Below are positions 27,380 through 35,391 of a stretch of 64,000 bases of DNA, one piece after another. This DNA is from Verrucomicrobiia bacterium (GTDB lineage Bacteria; Acidobacteriota; Terriglobia; Acidiferrales; UBA7541). The notes below the pieces were generated by a model that was not told the DNA's origin, did no database searches, and saw nothing but the letters and a program-made list of their open reading frames with translations. Within the stretch, counting starts at the first letter, position 1, and each line of letters opens with the position of its first letter. Location of the stretch: positions 51,583 to 115,582 of the forward strand of contig DATJTF010000018.1 in NCBI GenBank assembly GCA_035503815.1, given 5' to 3'. The position numbers and the translations under genes were made by a program.

Positions 27380-28270
27380 ATGACAGAAACGCTCGTGATC
27401 GTGAATCCGGTGGCGGGAGGTGGACGCGCCGCCCGGGCGGAAGAAAAAATTTCCCGGATCTTCGCGAGCCGGGGGCGTTCATTCGAATTTATTCACTCCC
27501 GCTCCTCGGAGGACGCGTGCCGCCAGGCACGGCAAGCCGCGAAGAATAAAGTGAAGCATGTCGTCGCGCTCGGCGGCGACGGCCTGTTTCATCACGTGGT
27601 CGAGGGGCTTCTGGACAGCGAATCCTTCGCCGGTTTTTTTCCCGGCGGAAATGGAAACGATGTGGCCGAGGGCTTGGGGATACCGGACGACCCGGTTCGT
27701 GCGGCTGAACTTTTCTTGGACGCGGTGCCGCGGCCGATTGACGTCATCCGCGTCCGGTTCGCTGATGGCCATGTCGCACATATCGTCGGCGCCGGAGGAA
27801 TGGGTCTTGACGCCGAAGCCGCGCTGCAAGCAAACACCCGATTTCGCAAATGGCCCGGAGTGTTGCGTTACCTGGCCGGCGCGTTTTGGACCTTCGCCCA
27901 CGAACGCGCTTTCGATTTGCGGGCTGAAATCGACGGAGAACCGTGGACGGGAAAAGCGATCCTTGCGGCAATCGCGAATGCGCCCTGTTACGGATCGGGG
28001 ATTCGCATCGCCCCCGGCGCCAAAATGAACGACGGGCGGCTCAATGCCGTCCTGGTCGAGGAGGTAGGGTGGCTGCGCCTGTTGCACGGACTGGGGATAC
28101 TTCTGACCAGCGGAAACCTGAAATTCGAGGAAGTGAAAAGATTCGAGGCGCGCTGCATCCGGCTGGCGGCCGATCGAAACGTGAAAATTCACGGCGACGG
28201 CGAACTGCTGGGCGATTCTCCCGCGGAATTTGAAATTCTTCCGGGGGCAATCGCCGTGAAGGGAGTGTAA
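27380..28270 (+). CDS. diacylglycerol kinase family lipid kinase (YegS/BmrU-like)
   Basis: 296 aa. LVIVNPVAGGGRA, VVALGGDGLFHHVVEGL and other DAGK catalytic-domain motifs. Confidence 0.85.
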   Translation: MTETLVIVNPVAGGGRAARAEEKISRIFASRGRSFEFIHSRSSEDACRQARQAAKNKVKHVVALGGDGLFHHVVEGLLDSESFAGFFPGGNGNDVAEGLGIPDDPVRAAELFLDAVPRPIDVIRVRFADGHVAHIVGAGGMGLDAEAALQANTRFRKWPGVLRYLAGAFWTFAHERAFDLRAEIDGEPWTGKAILAAIANAPCYGSGIRIAPGAKMNDGRLNAVLVEEVGWLRLLHGLGILLTSGNLKFEEVKRFEARCIRLAADRNVKIHGDGELLGDSPAEFEILPGAIAVKGV

Positions 28271-28282
28271 TACCTCCAGGGG

Positions 28283-28810
28283 CTATTTTTTCTTGTGGAT
28301 CAATTTCAGAACCATTTCAATGTCCCGGCGAGAATCGAAACTCGAAATGGTGCGTGTTGAGGAAATCAGATCGCCTTTCTCGGCGTGAATTTCGTAGTCT
28401 TCGTTAGGATCGAGCCCGCTGAAGCGGTAATTCCCCCCCGAATCGGCAAAATAGGTTCTCACGCCCTGTGTCTTCATATTTTCGAGAAAGACAATGCTGG
28501 AGGGCACGCCATTCTCATTCTTGTCGATCACGATGCCATGTATGGTGCGAAGCTCTGCCTCTTTCTTGTCATCCTGAAACGCGGATCCCGCCTTTGCGGG
28601 CTGAACGCACAGCAGGCAGAGGGGCGCGAGAAGAAGCGCGGAATACAGCAAAATCTGAGAGAAAAAAAGTCTTTTGACGAAATATTGTGTACGCCCACTG
28701 GGCCGGAACGTCGAACGATCGCGTGACGGTTGGGAACTTGAATGTATCATTTCTGATTGCATGGCCTGGGCAGTAGGGCGAGCGCCGGGACGGGTATCAA
28801 AGAAGTTCAT
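28283..28810 (-). CDS. membrane-anchored carboxypeptidase-regulatory-like domain protein
   Basis: 175 aa. Cytoplasmic N-terminus of about 45 aa, TM LFFSQILLYSALLLAPLCLLCV, then a CarboxypepD_reg-like beta-sandwich (IHGIVIDKNENGVPSSIVFLENMKTQG..GGNYRFSGLDPNEDYEIHAEK). ATG 28810 overlaps the upstream stop as ATGA. Confidence 0.65.
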   Translation of the reverse strand: MNFFDTRPGARPTAQAMQSEMIHSSSQPSRDRSTFRPSGRTQYFVKRLFFSQILLYSALLLAPLCLLCVQPAKAGSAFQDDKKEAELRTIHGIVIDKNENGVPSSIVFLENMKTQGVRTYFADSGGNYRFSGLDPNEDYEIHAEKGDLISSTRTISSFDSRRDIEMVLKLIHKKK

Positions 28811-29040
28811 TCTTCGATCTCATCGAGCTCGTCCTCATCTTCCTCCTTATCTTCCGAAGAATCTTCCTCGTCTTCGTCCACTTCCTCCTCTTCCTCGTCC
28901 GCGATAACAATCACATGCACCGGATGCGTCTGCGTCACTTCCAGCTCGACGTCACACTCCGGACAGCTCAGGATTTCGCCTTCTTCCACTTCATCTTCGT
29001 CCAGGTCGATTTCGGCGTCGCATTCCGGACATTTCACCAC
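28807..29040 (-). CDS. LysW-like zinc-ribbon protein with polyacidic C-terminal tail (77 aa)
   Basis: GTG 29040 preceded by AGGAAGGAGG with an 8-nt spacer. Product (M)VKCPECDAEIDLDEDEVEEGEILSCPECDVELEVTQTHPVHVIVIADEEEEEVDEDEEDSSEDKEEDEDELDEIEE. The CPEC..AEI.L....GEI..CPEC..ELEV layout mirrors the amino-group carrier protein LysW. The longer track ORF (to 29229) would overlap the divergent NUDIX gene. Confidence 0.6.
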   Translation of the reverse strand: MVKCPECDAEIDLDEDEVEEGEILSCPECDVELEVTQTHPVHVIVIADEEEEEVDEDEEDSSEDKEEDEDELDEIEE

Positions 29041-29096
29041 GGCGGGTTCCTCCTTCCTGGGCTTCACTGCACCAGCCGTCGTATTATATACCGCCG

Positions 29097-29582
29097 ATGT
29101 CAAACTTTTCGCCCAAGGCCCCAAGTCAAGGTGCTTCGTGGAGAGAATACCCCAAACACCCGGTAGTCGGGGTGGGAGGAGTGGTGATCCAGGGCGCCTG
29201 CGCCCTGCTGATTCGCCGCGGAAACGCACCTTTGAAAGGCCAATGGTCCATTCCCGGGGGAACTCTTGAGCTTGGCGAGACAGTGACGGAAGGCGTGAAA
29301 AGAGAACTGGAAGAGGAAACGGGATTACGGATTCGCGTCGGCGATTTGATTGAAGTGTTCGAACGGATCGTTCCCGACGAAGACGGGCGGTTGAAATATC
29401 ATTTTGTGATTCTGGATTATTTGTGCGAAGCCGAGAGCGGGACGGCCAAAGCGGGAAGCGACGTCACCGACGTAGCCTGGGCGCGCGAGGAAGAACTGGC
29501 CAATTTTTCGCTTACCCCGGTGGCCACACGAGTGATTCGCCGGGCGTTTCAGATGTTTCGCGAACAGACGGGGAAGAAATAG
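29097..29582 (+). CDS. NUDIX hydrolase
   Basis: Nudix box GGTLELGETVTEGVKRELEEETGL (GX5EX7REUXEEXGU). Confidence 0.88.
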   Translation: MSNFSPKAPSQGASWREYPKHPVVGVGGVVIQGACALLIRRGNAPLKGQWSIPGGTLELGETVTEGVKRELEEETGLRIRVGDLIEVFERIVPDEDGRLKYHFVILDYLCEAESGTAKAGSDVTDVAWAREEELANFSLTPVATRVIRRAFQMFREQTGKK

Positions 29583-29623
29583 CACCGCGGCGGGCACTTT
29601 TCTTTCACCGTTCCAGCAAGAAT

Positions 29624-30373
29624 TCAGCCGGCCGCGGCTTTCGGAAGGCCACCGAAGCGCCGCTCGCGCGCTTGAAAGTCAGCGACGGCGGCGGCGAGGT
29701 CTTCCTCTTCGAATTCCGGCCACATCCTCGGGGTGAAATGCAGTTCGGCGTATGCGCATTCCCAGAGCAGAAAATCGCTTAGCCGCTTCTCACCACCCGT
29801 GCGGATCAGGAGATCGACATCCAAGGCGGGTTCGTGCGAATGCATGACTTCGCCGAGCCGCTTTGCAAATTCCTTCTGGGAAATTTCCAGGCTGGAGAGC
29901 ATCCAGCACGCCGCCCGGAGAATTGCCTCGCGCGCAGAATAGTCGAGCGCGATCCTCAGGTCGAGCGCTGCGCCCCGGCGCGTCCGCTGCTCGGCCGTTT
30001 CAATCGCCTCGACGAGCCGAAGAGGAAGCCGATCGCGCCGCCCGATGACCGAAACGCGGACTCCGAATTCGGCCATCGCGGGGACATCCTTGGAAAAAAA
30101 TTCACTCAGAAGGTTGAACAACGCCGAGACCTCCGCAGGCGGACGCGCCCAATTGTCGGACGAAAAGGCGTAGAGAGTGAGAGCGGAAATTCCGAGGGAT
30201 GGCGCACCGCGGACCACCCGAAGCACCGCCGAAACTCCCGCGCGGTGACCCTCCGATCTCGACAGCCCCCTGGCAGCCGCCCAGCGGCCGTTTCCGTCGG
30301 GCAGTATCGCGACGTGCAGGCCCGGCCGCCGGGAGTAAGGCACAGCCCTTGGGGTCATCTCGCTCGCACGCAT
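29624..30373 (-). CDS. uppS: isoprenyl transferase (undecaprenyl diphosphate synthase)
   Basis: HVAILPDGNGRWA, ..LTLYAFSSDNW.., ..DLLIRTGGEKRLSDFLLWECAYAELHF... Start chosen at ATG 30373, 10 nt after the upstream stop. GTG 30394 and ATG 30358 are alternatives. Confidence 0.9.
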   Translation of the reverse strand: MRASEMTPRAVPYSRRPGLHVAILPDGNGRWAAARGLSRSEGHRAGVSAVLRVVRGAPSLGISALTLYAFSSDNWARPPAEVSALFNLLSEFFSKDVPAMAEFGVRVSVIGRRDRLPLRLVEAIETAEQRTRRGAALDLRIALDYSAREAILRAACWMLSSLEISQKEFAKRLGEVMHSHEPALDVDLLIRTGGEKRLSDFLLWECAYAELHFTPRMWPEFEEEDLAAAVADFQARERRFGGLPKAAAG

Positions 30374-30383
30374 CAATTTTTTC

Positions 30384-30761
30384 TCAGCTTTCACGAGTAG
30401 CGCGAATCAATGCTTCCATGTGATCCAAATACTTCTCCAGCGCGCGGCGCCCCGGTGGAGTCAGCCGGAATTCCGTGCGAGGGATACGGCCAGAGAAAGT
30501 CTTGGAGCAGCCGACGTATCCGGCGTCTTCGAGCTTGCGAGCGTGGACGCTCAGGTTTCCGTCGCTGACGTTGAGCAGTTGCTTGAGCTCGTTAAACGTC
30601 AGCGAAGCGTTTACGGCCAGCGCGCTCAGAATTCCAAGACGCGTCCGCTCATGGATCACGCGGTCCAGATTCGAGGCCTGCTCTGCAACGCGCTCTCCTG
30701 CGCTCCCCTGCTTCTCCGGGTCTTCAGGATGAACTTGGACTACTCTGGATTTAGCCGCCAT
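30384..30761 (-). CDS. winged-helix (ArsR/MarR-like, HTH_45-type) transcriptional regulator
   Basis: ERTRLGILSALAVNASLTFNELKQLLNVSDGNLSVHARKLEDAGYVGCSKTFSGRIPRTEFRLTPPGRRALEKYLDHMEALI is a typical wHTH. ATG 30761 overlaps the end of the upstream membrane gene by 11 nt. Confidence 0.8.
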   Translation of the reverse strand: MAAKSRVVQVHPEDPEKQGSAGERVAEQASNLDRVIHERTRLGILSALAVNASLTFNELKQLLNVSDGNLSVHARKLEDAGYVGCSKTFSGRIPRTEFRLTPPGRRALEKYLDHMEALIRATRES

Positions 30762-31356
30762 AGTTCCTCGCAATTACCGCACCGAATAGAATGTGGAAAC
30801 CTCCGAAGCCGGTTGCCAGCTGGATGTTCCCCCACGACGACGGGCAAAATAGCGCCACGGTCCCAAGAACCATGAAACACAGTCCCATCAGCCGCACCAC
30901 GCGGATCGAGAACGCTCCGCCGGTCACAACCGCCGTTCCGTAGAGCAACAGCCAAATCCCCGGCAAGAGTCCCGCCGCCCCGGCTCGGAAAAGAACAAGA
31001 GTGAGAAAAGCCGCCACGAAAACAGGCGGCGCGAAACTATAAGCGAAGCGGCGAGCGGGCCCTGCGGCAAGAGAAACTCCCGTCTCGCGCGCCTTGGAGA
31101 AAATTGTCCAGGCCCCTATCGCCACGGCGATGGCAGCTTCGAGAATCCAGGCAATCAGCCAGGAGCGCGGCGATGCCTGCCGGGAAGCGATCACGGCCGC
31201 GCCTATGGCCGTAATGCCGATGGCCACGCCGCCCCCGCCGGGAACAGCCGTAAAGGAACCGGCGCGCTCCATCGTCTCGCGAATAAAACGCAGATTCTTG
31301 CGGGCGTGATCGTCCAAAGGAATCGGAGAGGAAGGGCGGTGCAGATTCCAAGGCAT
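30751..31356 (-). CDS. hypothetical polytopic membrane protein
   Basis: Start trimmed to ATG 31356 (MPWNLHRPSS..). About 5-6 hydrophobic helices rich in G/A. Tightly linked to the downstream wHTH regulator gene. Confidence 0.6.
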   Translation of the reverse strand: MPWNLHRPSSPIPLDDHARKNLRFIRETMERAGSFTAVPGGGGVAIGITAIGAAVIASRQASPRSWLIAWILEAAIAVAIGAWTIFSKARETGVSLAAGPARRFAYSFAPPVFVAAFLTLVLFRAGAAGLLPGIWLLLYGTAVVTGGAFSIRVVRLMGLCFMVLGTVALFCPSSWGNIQLATGFGGFHILFGAVIARNYGG

Positions 31357-31415
31357 AAGCGGAGGGTGGCAGAAAGGGAGGCAGCTGTCAAGTACTTTGC
31401 AGCGCAAAGAGATAA

Positions 31416-32177
31416 TCAGCTCTTTCGCCGCGGATAACAGCCCCGAATGCAGTTCCAGCGGATGTAGATCAGGTCAGCAAACATCTTCGCGCTATCGCGG
31501 ATGACGTGCACCTTGGTTGCCGGATCGTGCGCCCAGCGGACAGGCACTTCAGCGATTCTCAATCCATGACGCTTCGCCAAAAAGAGAATCTCCGGGTCGA
31601 AACCGAACCTCTCGATTTTCTGCTGCTCGAAGATAATGCGCGTCCGTTCCCGGACAAAGGCCTTGAAGCCACATTGCGTGTCTTGAAAGGTGAGGCCGGT
31701 GAAAAATCGCACGAAGAGGTTGAAAATAATTCCCGCCAGCTCGCGAAGAGGCGCCTGGTGAACCGTAATGAGCGAGCGATCGAGTGCACGGGACCCGATC
31801 GCGCCGTCGTATCCGTTTTCGATCGCCTCCCGGAGCTTGGGCCACTCCTCGATGGGGGAGGAGAAGTCCGCGTCGCTGAAGAGCGCCAGCCGCCCGCGCG
31901 CTTCCACCATTCCATGGCGAACGCTGTAGCCCTTGCCGCGATTTCGTCCGTTCAGGACCACGCGCAGAGAGGGTAGATCGCGTTTCATTTCTTCGGCCAC
32001 GCGAACTGTGGCGTCTTTCGAGCCGTCGTCAACCACCAGAATTTCCACCTGCTCCGGGCCGAGCCTTTGTTGCGCTAAGTAGTCACGAACTTTGGCCAAG
32101 GCGCGTGTCAGCCGGACTTCCTCGTTGTAGGCAGGTATGATGATGCTGAGCTGAGGTTCGGAATCGGGCGGATTCAT
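31416..32177 (-). CDS. family 2 glycosyltransferase (polyprenyl-phosphate/dolichyl-phosphate glucosyltransferase-like)
   Basis: ATG 32177 overlaps the pcm stop as ATGA. LSIIIPAYNEE, VVDDGSKDAT, FSDADFS (DxD), ..TQCGFKAF... The track ORF start at 32435 lies inside pcm. Confidence 0.88.
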   Translation of the reverse strand: MNPPDSEPQLSIIIPAYNEEVRLTRALAKVRDYLAQQRLGPEQVEILVVDDGSKDATVRVAEEMKRDLPSLRVVLNGRNRGKGYSVRHGMVEARGRLALFSDADFSSPIEEWPKLREAIENGYDGAIGSRALDRSLITVHQAPLRELAGIIFNLFVRFFTGLTFQDTQCGFKAFVRERTRIIFEQQKIERFGFDPEILFLAKRHGLRIAEVPVRWAHDPATKVHVIRDSAKMFADLIYIRWNCIRGCYPRRKS

Positions 32178-32887
32178 TTGCCGGCTGACTCTTGGGAGGA
32201 GAATTTGCCACCCCAACCGAAAAGTCCCGTAAGTGGTACGAATCTGCAATTGCAAATCAATTCTGACTCGAATCCGCGCGGCGTTCGCACAATTTGACGC
32301 AACTCTTGCGTCTCGAGGTCGCCCACAGGGATCACGAGCGACCCTCCAGGCGCCAACTGATCGAGCAGCGGGGCAGGAACCCGCGGGGCCGCAGCGGATA
32401 CGACGATCGCCGAATATGGCGCGCGCGCGAGCCACCCAGCCGACCCGTCACCCTCAATCACTTGAACGTTGCCGAATCCCAATCGGTGCAGGCGTTCACG
32501 CGCGGCGGATGCCAACGCGGGGTGAGACTCGATTGACGTCACCTGGCAGGACAGCAGTGAAAGTACCGCGGCCTGATAGCCGCAACCAGCTCCGATTTCC
32601 AGCACGGTCTCTTCGCCGTTCAAGGCCAAGGCCTCCGAGACGGCCGCGACGATGTAAGGCTGGGAGATGGTCTGTCCTTCGCCGATGGGAAGAGGAGTAT
32701 CGCTGTAAGCGTCGAATGCTTGCTCGGGAGAAACGAAGAGGTGGCGAGGAACGGCCGACATCGCCGCCAGCACCTTCTCCGAGCGGATGCCGCGGCTGCG
32801 AATTTGCCGCGCAACCATTTCGCTTCGTGCCGCGTCCCAATCGGTTCCGGCCAGCTCAATACAGTCTCTTGGTGCGGGCACTCGCAT
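32174..32887 (-). CDS. pcm: protein-L-isoaspartate O-methyltransferase
   Basis: ..VPRHLFV.., GEGQTISQPYIVA, SAM motif VLEIGAGCGYQAAVLS, ..LAPGGSLVIPVG... Confidence 0.9.
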   Translation of the reverse strand: MRVPAPRDCIELAGTDWDAARSEMVARQIRSRGIRSEKVLAAMSAVPRHLFVSPEQAFDAYSDTPLPIGEGQTISQPYIVAAVSEALALNGEETVLEIGAGCGYQAAVLSLLSCQVTSIESHPALASAARERLHRLGFGNVQVIEGDGSAGWLARAPYSAIVVSAAAPRVPAPLLDQLAPGGSLVIPVGDLETQELRQIVRTPRGFESELICNCRFVPLTGLFGWGGKFSSQESAGK

Positions 32888-33128
32888 AGTCCTTGTCGAA
32901 GGAAACGGCCGGGGCGATATTGCTGTAATGGGCGGATTCCCGATTTGACCGATCAGGGTGTCCGCTCCGGGCTCGCCAGCCGCTCTTCTAAAATTATCAT
33001 GAGAAGAGCCGAGGTGCCACCCGGCGAAGGCTTGAAAATTGCAATGCGAGGCTTGGTCAGATACGATTTTGTAACTCGGGCGTCAGGGCGAGGAAAAGCC
33101 TGAACAACCGGAAAAAGAGGAAACCCAA

Positions 33129-33821
33129 ATGAAAAACAGTCTTGCCCTGATTGCCGTACTGCTGTTCGCGCTCACGTCCGCCCGCGCGCAATCGGCCCCC
33201 GCCAATCCTTCGGGAGGGCCGCTGCATCGCGCTCCCGGCACAGCGGCTCCGGCCGCTGCCGCAAGCCCCGCTGAGGCGCCAAAAGCTCCGGAGAAAGCGC
33301 CGGTCACGATTCCCCCCGATGAAGAGAAAGCCATCCATCGTCTGATGGATCTTCTGGGATCAAGCAAGATCCCCGAGAACCTCGACCAAACGCTCAATTA
33401 CCAGTTGCGAACTGCGATGTCTCGAACCATGCCGGACGATCGCTTAAAACAGTTCATGCAGGATTTCGGACAAAATTACGCGGGACAATCGCCCGACTCC
33501 AAAGTGACTCAAGCCATGGTCCAAGTGTACGCCTCACGCCTTTCCGCACAAGACATCAACGGCTTGGTGCAGTTCTACGAATCGCCGCTCGGCAATCGGT
33601 TCATCACAGCTTTGCCGGACATCATTCAGAATTCACAGCAGGAAGGCGGAAAGATTGTGAGAGAACAGGCCATCAGCGTCCTGCGGCAGATGACAGACCA
33701 GTACCCGGAGATCAAGCAGATACTTCCGCCCGAATCCTCTGGTCCCGCCAACGCGCCACCGCCGGTCCGGCCGGTTCCCGATCAGGCGCCGCCGCATCTT
33801 GAGTCGTCACCCCAAAACTAG
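33129..33821 (+). CDS. secreted DUF2059-like protein
   Basis: Signal MKNSLALIAVLLFALTSARA, a P/A-rich linker, then a helical domain with ..LVQFYESPLGNRF.., reminiscent of DUF2059 (from memory). Confidence 0.65.
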   Translation: MKNSLALIAVLLFALTSARAQSAPANPSGGPLHRAPGTAAPAAAASPAEAPKAPEKAPVTIPPDEEKAIHRLMDLLGSSKIPENLDQTLNYQLRTAMSRTMPDDRLKQFMQDFGQNYAGQSPDSKVTQAMVQVYASRLSAQDINGLVQFYESPLGNRFITALPDIIQNSQQEGGKIVREQAISVLRQMTDQYPEIKQILPPESSGPANAPPPVRPVPDQAPPHLESSPQN

Positions 33822-33845
33822 CTAACGAACGATCGACCGGACAAA

Positions 33846-34691
33846 TTGCGATCATGGATTCCATGCGAGGCCATCTGCAAGCCGCGAATAGCGCGGCGGC
33901 AATTACAACTTGCCGCCGCGCTATTCGCCGTCTTTTTCGGCCTTCCTGCTTGGACCTCGTTTCCACCTCTGAACCAGAAATCCGTTTCCCTCACAGTATC
34001 CGCTGCGATCAGTTTGAAGGATGCGCTCGACACTTTGGGTCCCTTGTATGAACGAGAGTACCCAGGATCCAGGGTCACATTTAATTACGCCGGCTCGGGG
34101 ACGCTCGTGCACCAGATCGAGCAAGGCGCGCCGGTGGACGTTTTCTTCTCGGCGGCCGAAAAGCAGATGAACCAGCTTGAGTCCGAGAGGCTGATTCTAC
34201 CCGACACTCGCACGGATATTGTGGAGAACGCTCTCGTGATGATTTCCCCTTCCTCCGAGCCGTCCCTTCATGATCTCTCCGGGCTGACGTCTCCCAGGAT
34301 TCACAGTATCGCACTCGGAAAACCCTCCACCGTCCCGGCGGGTGAGTATGCAAAGGAAACCCTCGATCATCTCGGCCTGTTTGGCGCGATCGAGAAGAAG
34401 ATTGTGTACGCGAAAGATGTGAGGGCCGTGCTCGCATACGTGGAGACGGGCAACGCGGACGCTGGCTTCGTGTATCGCACGGATGCGCTGACTTCTTCGA
34501 AGGTTCGCATCGCGGCGACGGCACCCTCGGGCGCGCACGACCCGATCGTCTATCCTGCGGCTGTTTTGAAGGGCTCGCGAGATCCCGGTGCTGCTCGATC
34601 TTTTCTGGCGTTCCTGAAGGGCCGCGAAGCGCGGGCCGTTTTCGAAAAATACGGCTTCCTCACCGCTGAAAATCAACCCAAGAAGAATTGA
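33846..34691 (+). CDS. modA: molybdate ABC transporter substrate-binding protein
   Basis: ..LTVSAAISLKDALDTLG..FNYAGSGTLVHQIEQGAPVDVFFSAA..ALGKPSTVPAGEYA..GFVYRTDA.. are typical ModA motifs. Followed by modB and modC. The start may be a few codons downstream. Confidence 0.88.
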   Translation: MRSWIPCEAICKPRIARRQLQLAAALFAVFFGLPAWTSFPPLNQKSVSLTVSAAISLKDALDTLGPLYEREYPGSRVTFNYAGSGTLVHQIEQGAPVDVFFSAAEKQMNQLESERLILPDTRTDIVENALVMISPSSEPSLHDLSGLTSPRIHSIALGKPSTVPAGEYAKETLDHLGLFGAIEKKIVYAKDVRAVLAYVETGNADAGFVYRTDALTSSKVRIAATAPSGAHDPIVYPAAVLKGSRDPGAARSFLAFLKGREARAVFEKYGFLTAENQPKKN

Positions 34692-34712
34692 TCCAGTTAC
34701 AATCCTTCCGCG

Positions 34713-35390
34713 ATGGATTGGTCACCGCTTTGGATCTCCCTGGCTACCAGCTTCACCGCGACGGCGATCACCTTGGTTGCCGGGCTCGCCGCGGCGGTCT
34801 GGCGTGAAAACCGCACGGGAACCGCGGTGGCGCTCGCCGACGGCGTCTTGCTCCTTCCGCTCGTTCTTCCTCCAACCGTTGTAGGGTTTTTGCTGCTGTT
34901 GATTTTCGGACGCAACGGACCCGTCGGCAAACTTCTCTTTCACGTGGGCGCCATACTTGTCTTTTCCTGGCCGGCCACCGTGATTGCAGCCGTGGTTGTC
35001 TCTTTTCCGCTGATGTATTTGACGGCGCGAGGAGCGCTCGAGCAAGTCGAACCTCATTTACTGGAAGCCGCGCGCACGCTAGGCGCTTCGGAATGGCGCG
35101 TATTTCGAGAAGTCGCTCTTCCGCTCGCGTGGCCCGGCGTCCTCGCAGGCGTGGTTCTGTCTTTCGCGCGAGCCCTGGGAGAGTTTGGCGCCACGCTGAT
35201 GTTCGCCGGCGACATTCCCGGCCGCACTGAGACCATTCCGCTCGTGATTTATTTTGCCGTCGAATCCGGCGAAATGCGGCGGGCGCTTGCCTGGTGCGGC
35301 ATCGATCTGGCTATTTCGCTCCTATTGCTTGTTGGGATTTATCGCTGGACGCAGGCGCTGTCTCCCTGGCGGGCGCGCTGGGCGCGTTGA
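34713..35390 (+). CDS. modB: molybdate ABC transporter permease
   Basis: 225 aa, 5-6 TM helices, EAA-like loop ..LLEAARTLGASEWRVFREVALPLAWPG... Confidence 0.9.
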   Translation: MDWSPLWISLATSFTATAITLVAGLAAAVWRENRTGTAVALADGVLLLPLVLPPTVVGFLLLLIFGRNGPVGKLLFHVGAILVFSWPATVIAAVVVSFPLMYLTARGALEQVEPHLLEAARTLGASEWRVFREVALPLAWPGVLAGVVLSFARALGEFGATLMFAGDIPGRTETIPLVIYFAVESGEMRRALAWCGIDLAISLLLLVGIYRWTQALSPWRARWAR

Positions 35391-35391
35391 T

